From Argiope bruennichi (lineage: Eukaryota), in the NCBI RefSeq assembly GCF_947563725.1, contig NC_079163.1, forward strand, positions 54,822,922-54,886,921: DNA of 64,000 bases. Direction: 5' to 3'. This document shows positions 27,101 to 41,000 of this stretch, piece by piece (the stretch's first letter is position 1; each line of letters starts with the position of its first letter). Both the position numbers and the translations under genes were made by a program. The notes beneath the pieces were generated by a model. It had not been told where the DNA came from and searched no databases. It was given only the letters and a program-made list of their open reading frames with translations.

Positions 27101-28739
27101 CATATAAGATACAACTGTCAAACTTGAAAGAAGCAATTTGAATTTGCTCTTCTTTCAGAGCAGCTGTTCTAATTTTGATCATGTAAGTGCTCCCCTTTTT
27201 TCCATAGTTGTTGAAGAAATTTAATATACACTCGAATCCGATATAATTTTTAATGTTCTTCTAAGATATGCAATGCGTTTCCTTAAAATATTTATGGTTC
27301 TTGCATGAATTGCAAGAGAGTTCATAAATTTAATTATAGAGTTAACGGCTATAACAATTGCATGCTTTTATTCCTTTAAACTTCAGAAACTCGTTTTGTA
27401 TAAATCCCTATTTTGGCTTATGCGTTTTTCTCAATGGTTTCAAGCTTTTTGAAAATTTGTATTGATTAAAGCGTTTTGGAAAGTTGTACTTATTTATTTA
27501 TTATTACATTTCGATATGAATAAATTTCTTCATAAAAATAATAAACTTGTATTTTCATCACTTTTTTTTTTAAATATAACGGATATTTTCTCAATAAATG
27601 GATTTATTGTGAAAAATAGGAAAATAACCTTATGACTTTTATTTTATTGCTTTCAAAAAAGATGTTTTGCGAACTTTTAAATGTGAAAGTGAAAAAAAAA
27701 TTAATTAAAAATACAGTAGCACTAACAAACATGCATTTTTCAGTTTTTCAACATTACAACTACCTTCACAATTTTAGCTTGAAATGAATGGTTGTTTTAC
27801 CTTCAAGCATCTTAAATTAAATCAACTTACTATGCATGAATTTTGTTTATATGGTCCAATAAATGGATATTCTTTCAATTATTATCCCTAAACAGAAGGG
27901 ACAGCTACATGTGATTATGCTAAATGCTTCATATAATATATATAAAAAAAATTAAAAATTTCGTACCAAATGTACTAAAGTACGGAAGAGGTTCTGGGGG
28001 TATATTTCTTTCCGATTCTGGAAAATCAGCATCTAAAAATGTATAAAATACTTCCATTAGAGTGAACGCAATTTTATTAACAATCCATTCAATTCAAATG
28101 CACACAAAAAATAATCATTAACATTTTCTTAAAACGCAACAAAAGAAAAGATTTTCAAAATTATAAATATTTAATCAACTTTAAATTAAAAAAATCAAGT
28201 TAATAAATAACGTTACAAGTCAAATATTCATAATTTCAGAGGCGGAAACAAAAGGACAATACTTAAAGGTACACAGGGAATAATGTCCTTTTGTAATTTC
28301 TTAATTGATCATAATATAGAATGTGAATTTATATTTCAAAAAGAACACAGTGAAAATTCCAAGAATAGGAACCACATACACACAAGAAAAGAAAAAAAAA
28401 AAAAAAAGGAAAAGGAATTTTATATCATAAAAGTTGAAAATATAAATATTACACAATATACTATTTTTTAAAGTGAATTGCATTTTTATAATACATGATT
28501 ATCAAAATATACTACCGTATTAAAATTATCTTATTCCTTGCGATGCAATAAATTATAAATGTACAGTTAATAAAAGATAATTTGAATGGTAATGAAAAAA
28601 TCATACCAGAAGAAACATTGTTAAAATGAGACATATAATAATGTCTAAAAATTTCGTTAGTCTCTTATATTATTACATTTAACCTTTCTAAAAGAGAAAA
28701 TTATTCAAATACAAAGCAAGCCCCAGTCATTTAAGATCA

Positions 28740-31440
28740 CATAGAGATGTGTGATGCGAGGTTTTGAAGAAAATCTTCTTTTATGCAAAAAAGAAACTTG
28801 TTTCATATGGCTTTGAAGTCTGGTTCAATAGAACAATTTACGTAATAAAGAGCTAGGACTCCTCCTGATTCAAAATTATGACGCCTTGCCAGATCCTTCA
28901 GCAAGGACCAGCCTCAAGTGGAAAGCTGCAATATTGCCCTTGACTCTGATGGTCGAATTCCTCAGGATAACAAAACAGCTGCGAACATATTGGGCAAATG
29001 TTATAAAAGCATAAGCCACTTGAGCTTTGCCAGAGATGACAAACAGTTAAGAAACAAAGCCAAAAAAATGGTCCATAATTGCTCTTTTGGGAAGTCCCAT
29101 TTTTTATGATCTATTCATGATGCACAAAATGGATGTTCCCCTTGAGGCAATGGACAATAGAAAATCTCCGGGACCAGATAATATCCATGGACTTATGGTT
29201 AAACAACTCGGTACTCAGGGAAAAGAAAGACTTTTAAAGATCTTTAATCTTTCATAGAAACTGGGCAGATTTCCACGGGAGTAGAAGCGGGCTATTATTA
29301 TCCCTTTCCTAAAACCTGGAAAGGATGCTAGCTCCGTGGAGAGCTTTAGGCCCATATCGTTGACATCTTTCGATTGCAAGCTCGTGGAGAGGCTTGTCCT
29401 GGCCAGGTTGAACTTTTATTTGTCCTCAAATGGACTGCTCCCAAAGGAGCAATATGGCTTTAGAAAAGGACATAGTACTATTGATCAGGTATTATTCTTT
29501 TGCCAGAACGTCAGAGATTCTCAAAACTTAAAACCAACAAACCACACTGTGGCTGTCCTTTTGGACATGAGTAGAGCTTTTGACAGAGTCTGGAGACAAA
29601 AGCTCATTACGAAACTTTATGATGGAAGGAAGAGCTCTGCCTTGGATTTCTGACTTTTTACAGCTCAGATCAATAAGAGTAAAAGACAAAAGTACTTTGT
29701 CTGACCCTTTTGGACTGAGACATGGATTACCTCAGGGGTCAGTATTGAGTCCGTTATTGTTTTCTCTATATATTGCTGGTATCGAAGAGGTAATCAGTAA
29801 TTACTGTAACGTGGGACTTTTTGCCTCTAACCTCAACTCTGCACTTACCGAGGTAATTGTTTTCGCTGAAACACATAAACTGATTTATCAGAGTCCTTGG
29901 TTACTTTCTTTACTACCAACAGACGACTTTATAACTACCACCCAGGTGTCTTAATGAATGGCTGTCAATTAAATTATGCAAAAAATGCCAAATACTTGGG
30001 CTATGTTCTCGATCAAGAGATATTGAGCAACAAACATATAGAGGCTCTTGTCAATAAATGTAGGAAAAGACTCAACATACTTAAATATATTTCTAGACGA
30101 GATTGGGGTGCAGATGTTAATACACTGAGAACCACCAACATCTCTCTGATCAGATCAATTCTAGTGTATGGTTTTCCAATTTACTTTTGTGCCTCAAAAG
30201 CTAACTTAGACAAACTTGAAAGAGTGCAATTAAATGCTTCAAGAAAAATTACTGGCCTTCGTAATAGCTCCACTAATGATATTGTACTGTACAAGAATGA
30301 ATGAAACCACCTCTTTCTCTGAGAAGAAGAAACTGTCTTTCAAAATATTACAACAAGATCTTTAGCTACAATGATCAGCACAGAACTTCTGCTTATACTC
30401 ATTCATGGCATAATAATAAGCGTTTAAAGAAACACCGCCCTTTTTTCTTCGCAAAAGAGATGAGTCTACCTTCTGGAGATCTGGAACCACATTCCTTAAA
30501 GCCTTATTGGAATTTTAAGTTTCACCCTGATCGAATTCATTTCCATACTGATCTCTTGGCCAAGATTAGCAAAAAGTTAGAGTTACCTGAATTATTAGAC
30601 AAATGTCTCTGGAAACAATTCATAGCATTCCATCTTCAGCTCTGAAAATGTACATTGATGGCAGTAAAGGAGATGGCGTGCACATTGAGACTCCTGAAGG
30701 AGCTACTGATATTTTGATTAGAAATCCTGTCAACTGTATTCAGGTCCGAACTTATTGCAATCTAAAAGGGACTTCAATATATCGACACGTTCTCTGAAAT
30801 TGTCTTCGGGAACATTTGGATTTTAACGGACAGTTGTGCCTCTATACAGCACCTTCTCATTGGACGAAAGTGGGGGACAAGATTAGCATGAATATCTCAG
30901 ACCTTATTGCCAGGCTCTCCGCTGAACATTCTATACACTTTCAGTGGGTTCCCTCACAAGTTGGTTTAAATGGTAATGAGACAGCGGATAACTTAGCTAA
31001 GACTGCCTCAGCTGACATATTTCATGGTGATGCAACCCTAACTTATTCTGAAATTTCACCTATCAAAAAGATGGAATCGAGTGCACTTTGGAGAGTCCCA
31101 CCTGCCCACCCTTGGTACTTCGGTAAGAGTCCCGGTTGGTGTCATCGTCCGAATATCTCTATAAAACAGCAAACGGCTGTCTTTCTCGTTTTTTGAGTGG
31201 ACACACCAAATCCCTCACCTTCCAACACGGATGAAGGATCTTTGCTGAATGTCCTTGGTGCAAGGCAGATCAAGCCTCCCCCAATCATATTCTTAAATGT
31301 TTAAATTTTACAATTTTTGAGATTTTAAGGTATCCGCTTTCGTTTTTAGACTTTTTAGAGATCTTTGGTTTCATGTAGGTGGTATAGCGCAGGCTATACC
31401 ACCTGGGATCAGAAACAACAACAACATAATAAAGATGTTG
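28740..31440 (+). mobile_element. Degenerate, 5'-truncated non-LTR retrotransposon (LINE, I/R1/LOA-like clade). It carries a reverse transcriptase, RNase H and a C-terminal Cys-His motif, with multiple frameshifts and stops.
   Basis: RT motifs SPGPDNIHG, AIIIPFLKPGKDASSVESFRPISLTSFDCKLVERLV, FRKGHSTIDQ, AVLLDMSRAFDRVW and YLGYVLD. RNase H motifs YIDGSKGDGV...ADNLAK. C-terminal ...HTKSLT...ECPWCKADQASPNHILKC. The ORF is broken across at least six frames. Confidence 0.8.
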
Positions 31441-33544
31441 AAAATGCTCAGAGAGATTAAAAAGCATAACAAACATAAAACACTGTGTATACAAAAGCAA
31501 TGCAGATATTATCCGTCTATTTGCCCAAGTGTGAAGGATAATATTAAATATAATGAACTACATTTTTTTAAAAATAATAATAGATGAATAAATAAAACTT
31601 TTTGAAATGTTTCTCTAAAAAGTCATGCATAGATTTTGATAGCAATAAAGAAGTGGAAATATATATATCAATGCTGCCAAATTAGATAGGGAAATTAGGG
31701 AGGGTAATAGCCAAATGCAGACAAAAGGAAATTGCCAAAGAACAGAAATCCAGGTAAAAAAGGCAAACTTCAGTTCATTTATTCAGCTGAAGATAATACG
31801 ATTTTCTAAGTTACTAAGCATTCACCAAAATGAGAAACAATGAAATAGACCTATAATAGGTGGGCGCACAAACTTGTAAAAGGACAAGATACAAAAGCTG
31901 TCTGTCGATGAAATATATAAAAATTTGCAAATATAGGATTTTATTAATACTAGGAAATGCAGAAATTATCTTTTTGGTTTGATGCCAGAAGTAAATATCG
32001 ATGTTGTAAAGGATATTTCTTTTATAAACAAAATTTGCACATCTAACAACGGTTTTTCATTTAACTACTATATATATGCCTATATATATATATATTATTA
32101 AGCCTTAACTCAACACCTAATGCAGGCAAATCATATTTATTTGTAACCATTTCTTAAAATTTGAGAAATAAGTCGCAACAGAAATTTTAATGTGAAATAA
32201 ATAATTCAGAAATTATTAAAAACTACCAGAAGCACTAAATAATCATCCAAATAATAAAAACTCGCTTATTAGAACAAATAATGAACAGCGATTGAGATTA
32301 AATATCATCTTTTTCTTCAAAACTGTTTTATACAAATGCTCATTACTGTTTCTGTCCAATTTGTTCCACCTTTTTCATTCATTGCACAAATTATGTTTTT
32401 TTGCAAAATCTTTTAGTTCCTTTTTATATTTCACTTTTCACTTAAAAATGGTTTCTGGATTATTTTTGAAATATAAGATTTTTTTAATTTTAAGTAAAAT
32501 TTGTATTAATATTTTTCCATTCACAGTTATTACTTCAAAACTTATCAATTGATAGTTATTATTTTGTAAATTACGAAAACCTTTGGGTGAGTCGGAGAAG
32601 CCATCGTATTATACACATCAGTTTAACACATATTTAAGATGATTATCTTGAAACAAGTGGCACAAAAATTTATATTCGGCCATTTTAATCTCTCCTATTG
32701 CCAGAATTAATTACTAAATTAAAATAACTTTTTATTCATCAATACTAAAAATTATTTTTAACATAAATTTTTTTTAAAAAAATCAAGAGAAATATTTAGG
32801 CATAAGAACAATAATTCAAAATCTGTCATTTGAGAAATGCTACAGACCAGAATAGTTTTAAAGTTTTCAACACATTTCCAATGCTTTTAAAATATTTTGT
32901 CACTAATCCGAATTGAAAATTTTGAAAACAATTACCATCTTTCTCTAATGCATCACTAAGTCAAATCTTAGTAAAATAGAATAAGCACTAAAGAATTTAG
33001 GAAAATCATTACACAATTAATCAATGATTTCAATAATAAACTTTAATGCAACATTAACAATAAAGGAAATTGCTATTCCATTTTATATGTCAGAATACTA
33101 CACTACATATATCAATACCATCAAATTAAGAAATAAATTGTTATTAATTAATTAAATGATTAACTAAAATTTAAGTATAGCACCAATTTTTCTACTAATC
33201 AAAAACAAGAAGCTGAATACTTTTCTCTAGTTTCTAAAATAATAATAATAATAATTAAATGAGGGTTAAATCTTTGTTTTCTGAGCGATTTCACATTTTC
33301 ATGATGCTTAGTAATAAATTTTTAGAGTATAATACTGCCATATATTAAGTGTATTCAAACTAAAAATAAAATTTAGCTCTAATAAATAAGTTATTTAGCC
33401 TGCACTAATTCAGTAATAAAATTTGACTTGATTTAAGTTAGAGCTATACAAGGACTATTTTGAGATGGACCAACTAATTTTGGCCTATTTCAAATAACAA
33501 GAATACCATTTGAGCCAAATCTCTCTCAAAACCTCCTAGGCAGC

Positions 33545-33690
33545 ATCAAGAGGGGAAGACATAATCTTGACAAAATTAATGTGCACTAAACATACACACA
33601 TAAGAGCTCATTGGCGGAAGCAGGAATGAATCTGCAATCTTCAAATCCCCAAGATGAGTCTACCACCAAACTACTATAAATGGGATAAAA
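33545..33690 (-). other. Degenerate tRNA-like or SINE-head sequence (...GGTGGTAGACTCATCTTGGGGATTTGAAGATTGCAGATTCATTCCTGCTTCCGCCA).
   Basis: The T-arm-like GCAG/CTGC stem and the CCGCCA tail resemble a tRNA 3' half. There is no matching acceptor 5' strand. Confidence 0.3.
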
Positions 33691-34154
33691 GATGCAAACT
33701 AATATAGCTGAAAGCAGATTCAGGTTCATATTAAAAATAACTCATCAATATTTTCAGCATTTTAATGACATATCTCATATTTTATCGATTTGCAATTAAA
33801 AGATTAAATATTTTTAGGAAATTAGCTATAAAACAACGTTCCACAACAAAAATAAGCAAATCAATTCACAATAATAATAGTGCAACAATCGACAGTAGAT
33901 AGTGGTGTAACAAGGATAAGCATCAATTAAAGATGTTTTTCCCTCCTAGCCATTATCAATAATAGCTTAGAAAGGATAAATGGTGCCAGGAGCTTGTTAT
34001 TATTTTTTCATCACCTCATCATATCAGACTAAAAAGTGGAATAAACACAATAACGTTTCAACTACATGGTAACCCTAAGAACAGCGCATGGAACATTTAT
34101 AACTCCCTTGCCTTCTAGTCGGTAGAACTCTGGTAGTAGAATTATTTTTCCTCA

Positions 34155-34342
34155 CTAAAAAGACTCACCCCTATATCTGATGTATTCAGGAGCCTTAGAG
34201 CAGTATGAAGGAGATGCAGGACTATATGAAGGAGATGCTGAACAGAGAACAGCTGTTTGACCAAACACAGCAGGGGCAGCTGTTTTTGAAAATTTTGATG
34301 ATGGTACATCTGCAAATCGTTCTGCTGCATAATCAACTGCAT
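34155..34342 (-). CDS. Unassigned gene, exon 4 and apparent stop (YAVDYAAERFADVPSSKFSKTAAPAVFGQTAVLCSASPSYSPASPSYCSKAPEYIRYRGESF*).
   Basis: Acceptor CTTTTCCAG. The frame reads through to TAG at 34155. An alternative GGG|GTGAGT donor at 34167-34166 would instead continue the gene downstream. Confidence 0.55.
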
Positions 34343-35039
34343 CTGGAAAAGAATTCGTCAATAATTGAGTATCTTTTTAAATAATTTTCTTTGGAGAAAA
34401 TATATAAATATTAGCATAATGTTAATAAAACAGTCGACATAATTATCATGCAAAAAATTAATCCTAAAAATAGGGAAACTAATCAATAAATATTTAAAAG
34501 AATTATTTATAAAAGTCCATTGGGTAGTTAGGTTCACTAAAAGAAAAGAATGGTGAATATATGATTTAGTATAGAAAAGTAAACTATTACCATCATTTAA
34601 TGAAAAGCCACAAGGTTCACCAAACTCCAATTCATCAGCATCTATTTATATATTTAAAAATCAGCCATGAATCATATTTACATACGAAATGAAAAAAAAT
34701 TAAAAGGCAGTTTAACAGATAAAAGAAAGCAACATTACATGAATTTGCGTTTAAAGTTCTTTCTCATACATACAAATTTCCATTCATAAGGGAGGTGGGA
34801 GAGGGTGGATAATGCTTATACAAATTAATTTTGTTAGTTAAAGTAATATCAATAATTTTAAGATAAATATTGAAGGCAATTTTCAGTTAAGATCTCATAA
34901 AACATGAACAATTCTAAAATAATAGCATATTTTTCTTTTGACAATACATTCAATGCAAATTAACATATTTCATTTTTAAAATTAATATTTTGTACAAGAA
35001 ACATATGTAAGAGCAAGCCTTTTGATATATTTTGTTAAA

Positions 35040-35155
35040 TTAATTTATTTAATTGTTAAATTGGTAATTTATTTATTTCTTAAATTACTAATTTATTTAT
35101 TTGTTAAATTACTAATTGATTTATTTGTTAAATTAATTTATTTAATTTAATTAAA
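35040..35155. repeat. Minisatellite of about 4-5 units of about 25 bp (TAAATTACTAATTTATTTATTTGT), in intron 3 of the unassigned gene.
   Basis: Directly visible. Confidence 0.7.
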
Positions 35156-35222
35156 CACACATATACAGCTTCCATACAACATGTGCTACTCAATGACAAC
35201 ATTTCAGCAGACATCAACTTAC

Positions 35223-35360
35223 ATGTATCTGAAACTGACTCCCTTGACCTTGACCTAGACATGGAACGAGCACATAGATATCTATGCCTCGTGCGACGGT
35301 ACATAAGTTTCTTCTTCTTCTTTTTCTTAGCAAAGATTTCTTTCTTTTCAAGAACTGGAG
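35223..35360 (-). CDS. Unassigned gene, exon 3 (PPVLEKKEIFAKKKKKKKLMYRRTRHRYLCARSMSRSRSRESVSDT), acceptor TTTATAG, donor GTAAGTTG.
   Basis: Phase 1 in and out. Encodes a Lys-run followed by an RS-rich segment. Confidence 0.6.
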
Positions 35361-36369
35361 CTATAAACAATATGATAACATTTTAATAATCTAATAAATA
35401 TGAAAATATAAAAGGATAAATCATTATTATATTTTGCAACAAATATTTAAGAAAGATTTGTAATACTTATATATGTTAGGACTACTTAATAATTTGCATA
35501 AAAGTTTATCTCAAATGAAATTTTTTTTAAATTTTACTATGAGAGAACAAAACGGATATAGTAAATATGAGGTTAAACTAACTTTTGCACAAGAATTCTG
35601 ATACCACCAGAGCATGATGACTGTAAAATTATTATATACAAAACACTGGAAAATTTCAGCAATAGTTATGCATCAAAAATAATGACCACAGTTATAAAGA
35701 AATTTCAAAGACAAATCAATTACCTGGATGTGTAGAATGCTCAAAAATTACGAATGCAAGAAAAATACAATTTATACAAAACAGAAATTTCGCTTATACT
35801 TTGACATTGATAAGTATAAATATATATTAGAAATTAAAAACATTATTTTCAAAACGGTCACAATAATTTCCAAGAAAAGTATCTCAAGATTCTTTAATTA
35901 TTATACAAAATAATGAATGTTGCCTAAAAATAATTTTATTTGCTAAAACCAGTGTAAGGGAATTAATTGGAAAAAAAAAGTAAGGCACGAGGTTTCATTT
36001 CAAATTAGTAAAAATCTTTTAAATATAATGCATTTAAAATACAAACCGAGGGAAATATTATAAAAATGATCTGCTTTCATTAACTTATTACGAATACAAA
36101 AAGTTCCGCATTTTCTTTTAAGTCTGCATAGGAAATAAACTATATGATTGTGAAACATAAAAAAAATTGCTACTATCTCAAAATAAACTATTTTTTAAAA
36201 AATGCTTTAATTCTATCTAGCACACAAAGTCTTTTTCTATAACAGAAATGAATGAATTATTAAAGCAAAAGTAGATTTATTCAATTAAAACATTTACAAC
36301 AATGATTGGGTTGTTAAAATCCCATTTAATAATGACACACCAAAAAGGTAAACAAAATAAATGTCTTAC

Positions 36370-36497
36370 GCTTTGGCAGAAACTTGTTTACAGTGCTTGT
36401 TAATGCATTGTTTTCATTTGTTAAGCTTTCTAAATAAGATGAGTAAAATTTCCTTTTCCTAGAAGGAATAGCAGTTCCAGATTTCAGATTACAAATG
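36370..36497 (-). CDS. Unassigned gene, exon 2 (SICNLKSGTAIPSRKRKFYSSYLESLTNENNALTSTVNKFLPK), acceptor TTTCATTACAG, donor GTAAGAC.
   Basis: Single open frame. Phase 2 in, phase 1 out. Confidence 0.6.
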
Positions 36498-37921
36498 CTG
36501 TAATGAAACATATCTGTTCAATTAATTATATATAAAACTTGTTTAAATTTACCAGACAAATGTTATACATTTTGGTAAAAATTTTATTTATTTTGCCTGT
36601 ATAAATTTTAACAACAGAAACACTGCTGAATTCCTTAAATAATAATAATAATTAAAAAAAATTACTTTACATGCATAAAATTAACCCAACAAAGGAACTA
36701 AGACAACATATTTCTAAAACAGCATCCTCATTAATTGCTTACGTTAATTTACATTTAGTATAATAAATTTAATGACACACTTATGCAATCAAGAATCAGT
36801 TTCTGATTTTTTTAAATCCATTGGAAAAGATATGAAAATAAAAGTAAATTATTAAAAAATAATTACAATTCAATAAAACAATTTCAATTATGTTGATAAG
36901 ATTAGCATTTTAAAACAACCATCTCATGCATTTACTCACAGCATATCTAGTGGTAATAACTCTCCTTTCTGAACTCTTTAACTCCTCTAACTCTCCTTTA
37001 TGAAATTTTAAAGCATAAGAAGAAAAATACAACATAGTTGAAAGATATACAAGAAAAGGTTAAATATATATGAAGTGTGGATATACATAAATGTATGCTG
37101 GTGCTAAGATAACCAAATTTGGCATATATATAATTTGCAAGGTGAGAATTTATTTTTTTAAATTTCGGCAAGAATTAATAAAAAATTAAGTGAAAGTTTG
37201 GCATTTTCCTATGAAAAGCTTTGAAAATATTACTGTAAAAAAGGGACTTCTATAAATTCTTAAAATTCAAATATAAATAATTTCGATGAAATTAATTCTG
37301 TTATAAAGTTTTTTCCTTAATTTTAATAACTTTTAAAAGTATTTAGAAGCTATACCTTTGACTGTTGTAATGAAATTCAAATTGTTTTTTCTGCTGCTAC
37401 AAATATTTTATCCCGAGTCTTTCTTCAATTGTTGATAACCAAGGTATGAAGATTTGACTTATTTTTTTATATATTGACTCAGTTTCTTTCAGCATTCAAT
37501 AAAATTTTTGAAATTTTTAAAAACTTAATTTTATAGCAATAATAAATCAAAACTTCAGAAGTAAGCAATGATGACATTTTTTTTTTTTTTAGAGATTGTC
37601 TATTTTTTTAAAAACAATGTTGCTTGTTCTAGTGCTATAACAGGATACATAAAAATACATTATTGCTATTTTAGATTGAAATTTATTATTGCTGTATTAG
37701 GTTGAATTCTTTTTTATTGCATCACTTTAATTCACTTAATGACTTAAATTCTTTGAAATATTACATAAATAATAAAATATATTCAATAATAGACACAAAA
37801 CTTCAATGTTAAATGAGTCCATTAATTATCATATCTTTTTATGCTTCATTCAGTAAGAAGTTACTGGATTAGTTGATGTTTAATCTGTTTCCATTCAGCT
37901 TTAAATCTTAAGATATTTTAC

Positions 37922-38046
37922 CTGTTAAAGGTAGCTCCGTCCAGTAATAAATTTCCTGACTCAGGTTCCAAGAGGAATTTATTTTTTGTAGATGTTAGAG
38001 GTGTTTCTTTCAATAAAGTACTTTCAAATGATGTGTTAGCCATCAT
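37922..38046 (-). CDS. Unassigned gene, exon 1 CDS (MMANTSFESTLLKETPLTSTKNKFLLEPESGNLLLDGATFN), ATG at 38046, donor CAG|GTAAAAT, phase 2.
   Basis: ATG with upstream non-coding sequence. A strong donor sits on it and its phase matches exon 2. Confidence 0.55.
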
Positions 38047-41000
38047 GATGACACTGAAATACAATAATAAATAGAAGAATCAGAATTTTAAAATATTAAA
38101 AATTATAATAAGAAATTCAGCTATAATTAGTTTATAAATTATATGAAACAAATTCTTGATGGAAAGCAAAATTTTTAGATTTCAATTTTAAAAAGATGAA
38201 AAAATTTGAAAAATTACCAGGCACATAAAGAAGTGTTACCATAATGGGATATCTTAAAACATGTTAACTCTTTTCTATTTGCAAGTGAAATAGGGGGGGG
38301 GGGCTATATATAAATGCACCTTAAAGTAAGGCTTTTTATTTTTAATTAAGAGTTTTTCAAGCTTCTTTAATCTATTCAAAAATAATTAAGAAAACAATTT
38401 TCACTGAAAAGATTCCATTAATTTAATTAAATTCCTAGCTTAAATAAATTTTCATAAGTTCATTAAATAAATTTTATTTCATTTTCCTTCTTTATATTTT
38501 CTAACTTTAGGATAACAAACTTTTTCGTAAAAAAGACTTTCAAAAATTTTTTACATACTGAAAAGAGATTTCAAGAGTAAATGTTCAAGAAGCCTAGATA
38601 CAGATAAATAGAGAAAAATGAATAATAGAATAACAAAGAAAGTAAATGCCATTAAAATTTAAACTATTATTATTATTATAAAAGTTTATTAAAGTTTAAT
38701 ATTAGAGTATTATTATTAAAGTTTTTTAACTATTATTATTAAAGTTTAAAGAGAGAGAAAAGTTTCATACCTTTTGCATGCTGAAATGGCTCTTGTTAAT
38801 AACCAAAGAACATATGTTTAGTAAGTTTACTAGTAAATAACAGTTTCAAAAATCTTACAAAGAGGATAGAAATAACTAAGTTTTTATGCTAAAAACAAGA
38901 GTGGATTAAGCCTCCAGGATGTTCTAAGACATTGCAAGTTTCAAGGTCCCAACTTTCAAAGATATTTTTTTTTTTTTTTTTTTTTTTTGTTTATTTTAAA
39001 TATATATTGATATAAGTAGTTTTATACAACAAAGTTTGACAAACTGGAACTGCAAATTAATTTCAAAAGAGTTGGTTTCATCACTTTGTGAATAAGAAAA
39101 TTTAAATTTAAATGTGATTTTTAAAAAAAATACAAAATCGATTGGATATTTATTTAAAAATAAAGAATCACATTTTTTTAGAATTAGAAAAAAAATAATA
39201 TAAAACTTACAGAGAGTAATTAATTCAGAATGTTACTAGAATAATGTTCTAAAATTTAAGTAATATTTGATTTAAATTTGTGTAAGTTTAACTATATGGC
39301 CTTTATCATTAAATAACAGCAAAAAAAAAAAATTTTCTTTTAATTCAAAACATCATAAAAAGTCTCAAGGGTTAGATGTTCCTTAAGTCTTTTGAGCCTT
39401 TAGACAATTAATTACCTACTTTAACTATTTAAAAATCCAGCTCTGACCAAGAAAAGACTTAAATCTGTCCTTTGTAATTAAAACATTAAAGGATGAAAAT
39501 GCAGCAATTTCTATCAATGTAAATACTATCACAAAAGATCACTTTATAAATAAATCTAGATTTAAATTTATACTCATTTATTTACTTCAATATTTATACA
39601 AGAAAAATCAGTGATTTTTTAGACAGAATTAAACAAATTTTGTAATGAAAAAAGCACTGTGCATTACTAAAAAAGTAGTACAATACATCAGTATAACCAC
39701 TCTTCATCTTCAATTAAAAAAGTATAATTCAGTTACAACTGAAAATAATAAATTCACATACATGAAAGCAAATTTCAAAAAATCCTGTCATACTACATAC
39801 TATTACTAAACTATTGTTCTAGATCAGATAACTGATTTATATGAGAAATATAAATTTTTTCTTCAAGTTACATTTTCAAACCAAGAAAATTTTCTCAGTC
39901 ATATTGAAAGAATCCAAAAGAATGAGATCCTGTAGTAATTTTTATGATTTGTAATTAGAGATTTTAGTTCTTGATTTATCTGCAGTGTTTGAAATTCCCT
40001 ATTTATTAAAAATAATTTTAAAATAAAACTTTTTTTTTTAATTTTAAAATTTTGGATTGCACTGATGCAACACATTAATGAAATCTTACTCTATTTCTTT
40101 ATAAAAAATAAATAAAATTTAATAAATAAATTGATAATAAAGTGATAAGTTTGTTTGAAACAAAGCCTTTAAACGTGATAACATTGATATAAGTAATTTT
40201 AATATATTATAAATAAATCAATATTTATTCAGAAATAACAAATTTTCAAAATGATATAGGCACTTTCATCCATCAGTAATAAAATAATACAAAAAGTTAA
40301 CATATAGTTAACAATACAATGCAGGTATATAAATAATCTTCAAATATAAAATTTGAAATAATAAAGGACTTAAAGCACACTTAAAATGAGGAGAAAAAAA
40401 GACTTTCATTATAGTAATACAGATGACAATGGTAATTGCTGCAAGGTCTGATTCTAAAGAATTAAATATAAAATCTTTCACAAACTATCAAAAATTTATT
40501 CAGCTGGAATATGTTCTCATAAATCAATAATAATGTCATTTTTAAAAATATAGACAACTGATATGCAGAGAAATCTAAACTAAAAAAATTAACTAATAAA
40601 GAATAAACATTATTAAATAAACTTTAGAAAGTCTTGGTATTCTTTTAAATGACTTAATATTTTTTACTATTTTACCATTTAAAAATTTATTACATGGATA
40701 GCTATTGAGGAGTTCTCTTAAGAGTATTTTATTAAAACTCTAAGACACAAACATAAATAAAAGCTGACTTAAGCAGTATGATAGTTTATAATATTGTTGC
40801 AAACACTGAATATCATAAAAACATTAAGCAGAAAACTTCAGCAACAAAGAGCCTTGAAAATATATAAATGCTGCATATATATAAAAATCACTATTTAAAA
40901 ATGAGTAAGAGAATTTTCACAAATAAGTATGAAATATCAAGGCAATGCCTCAATTTCTTATTCCTGTATTTCTTTGTGAAAAAAATGCTGGAATGAAGAT

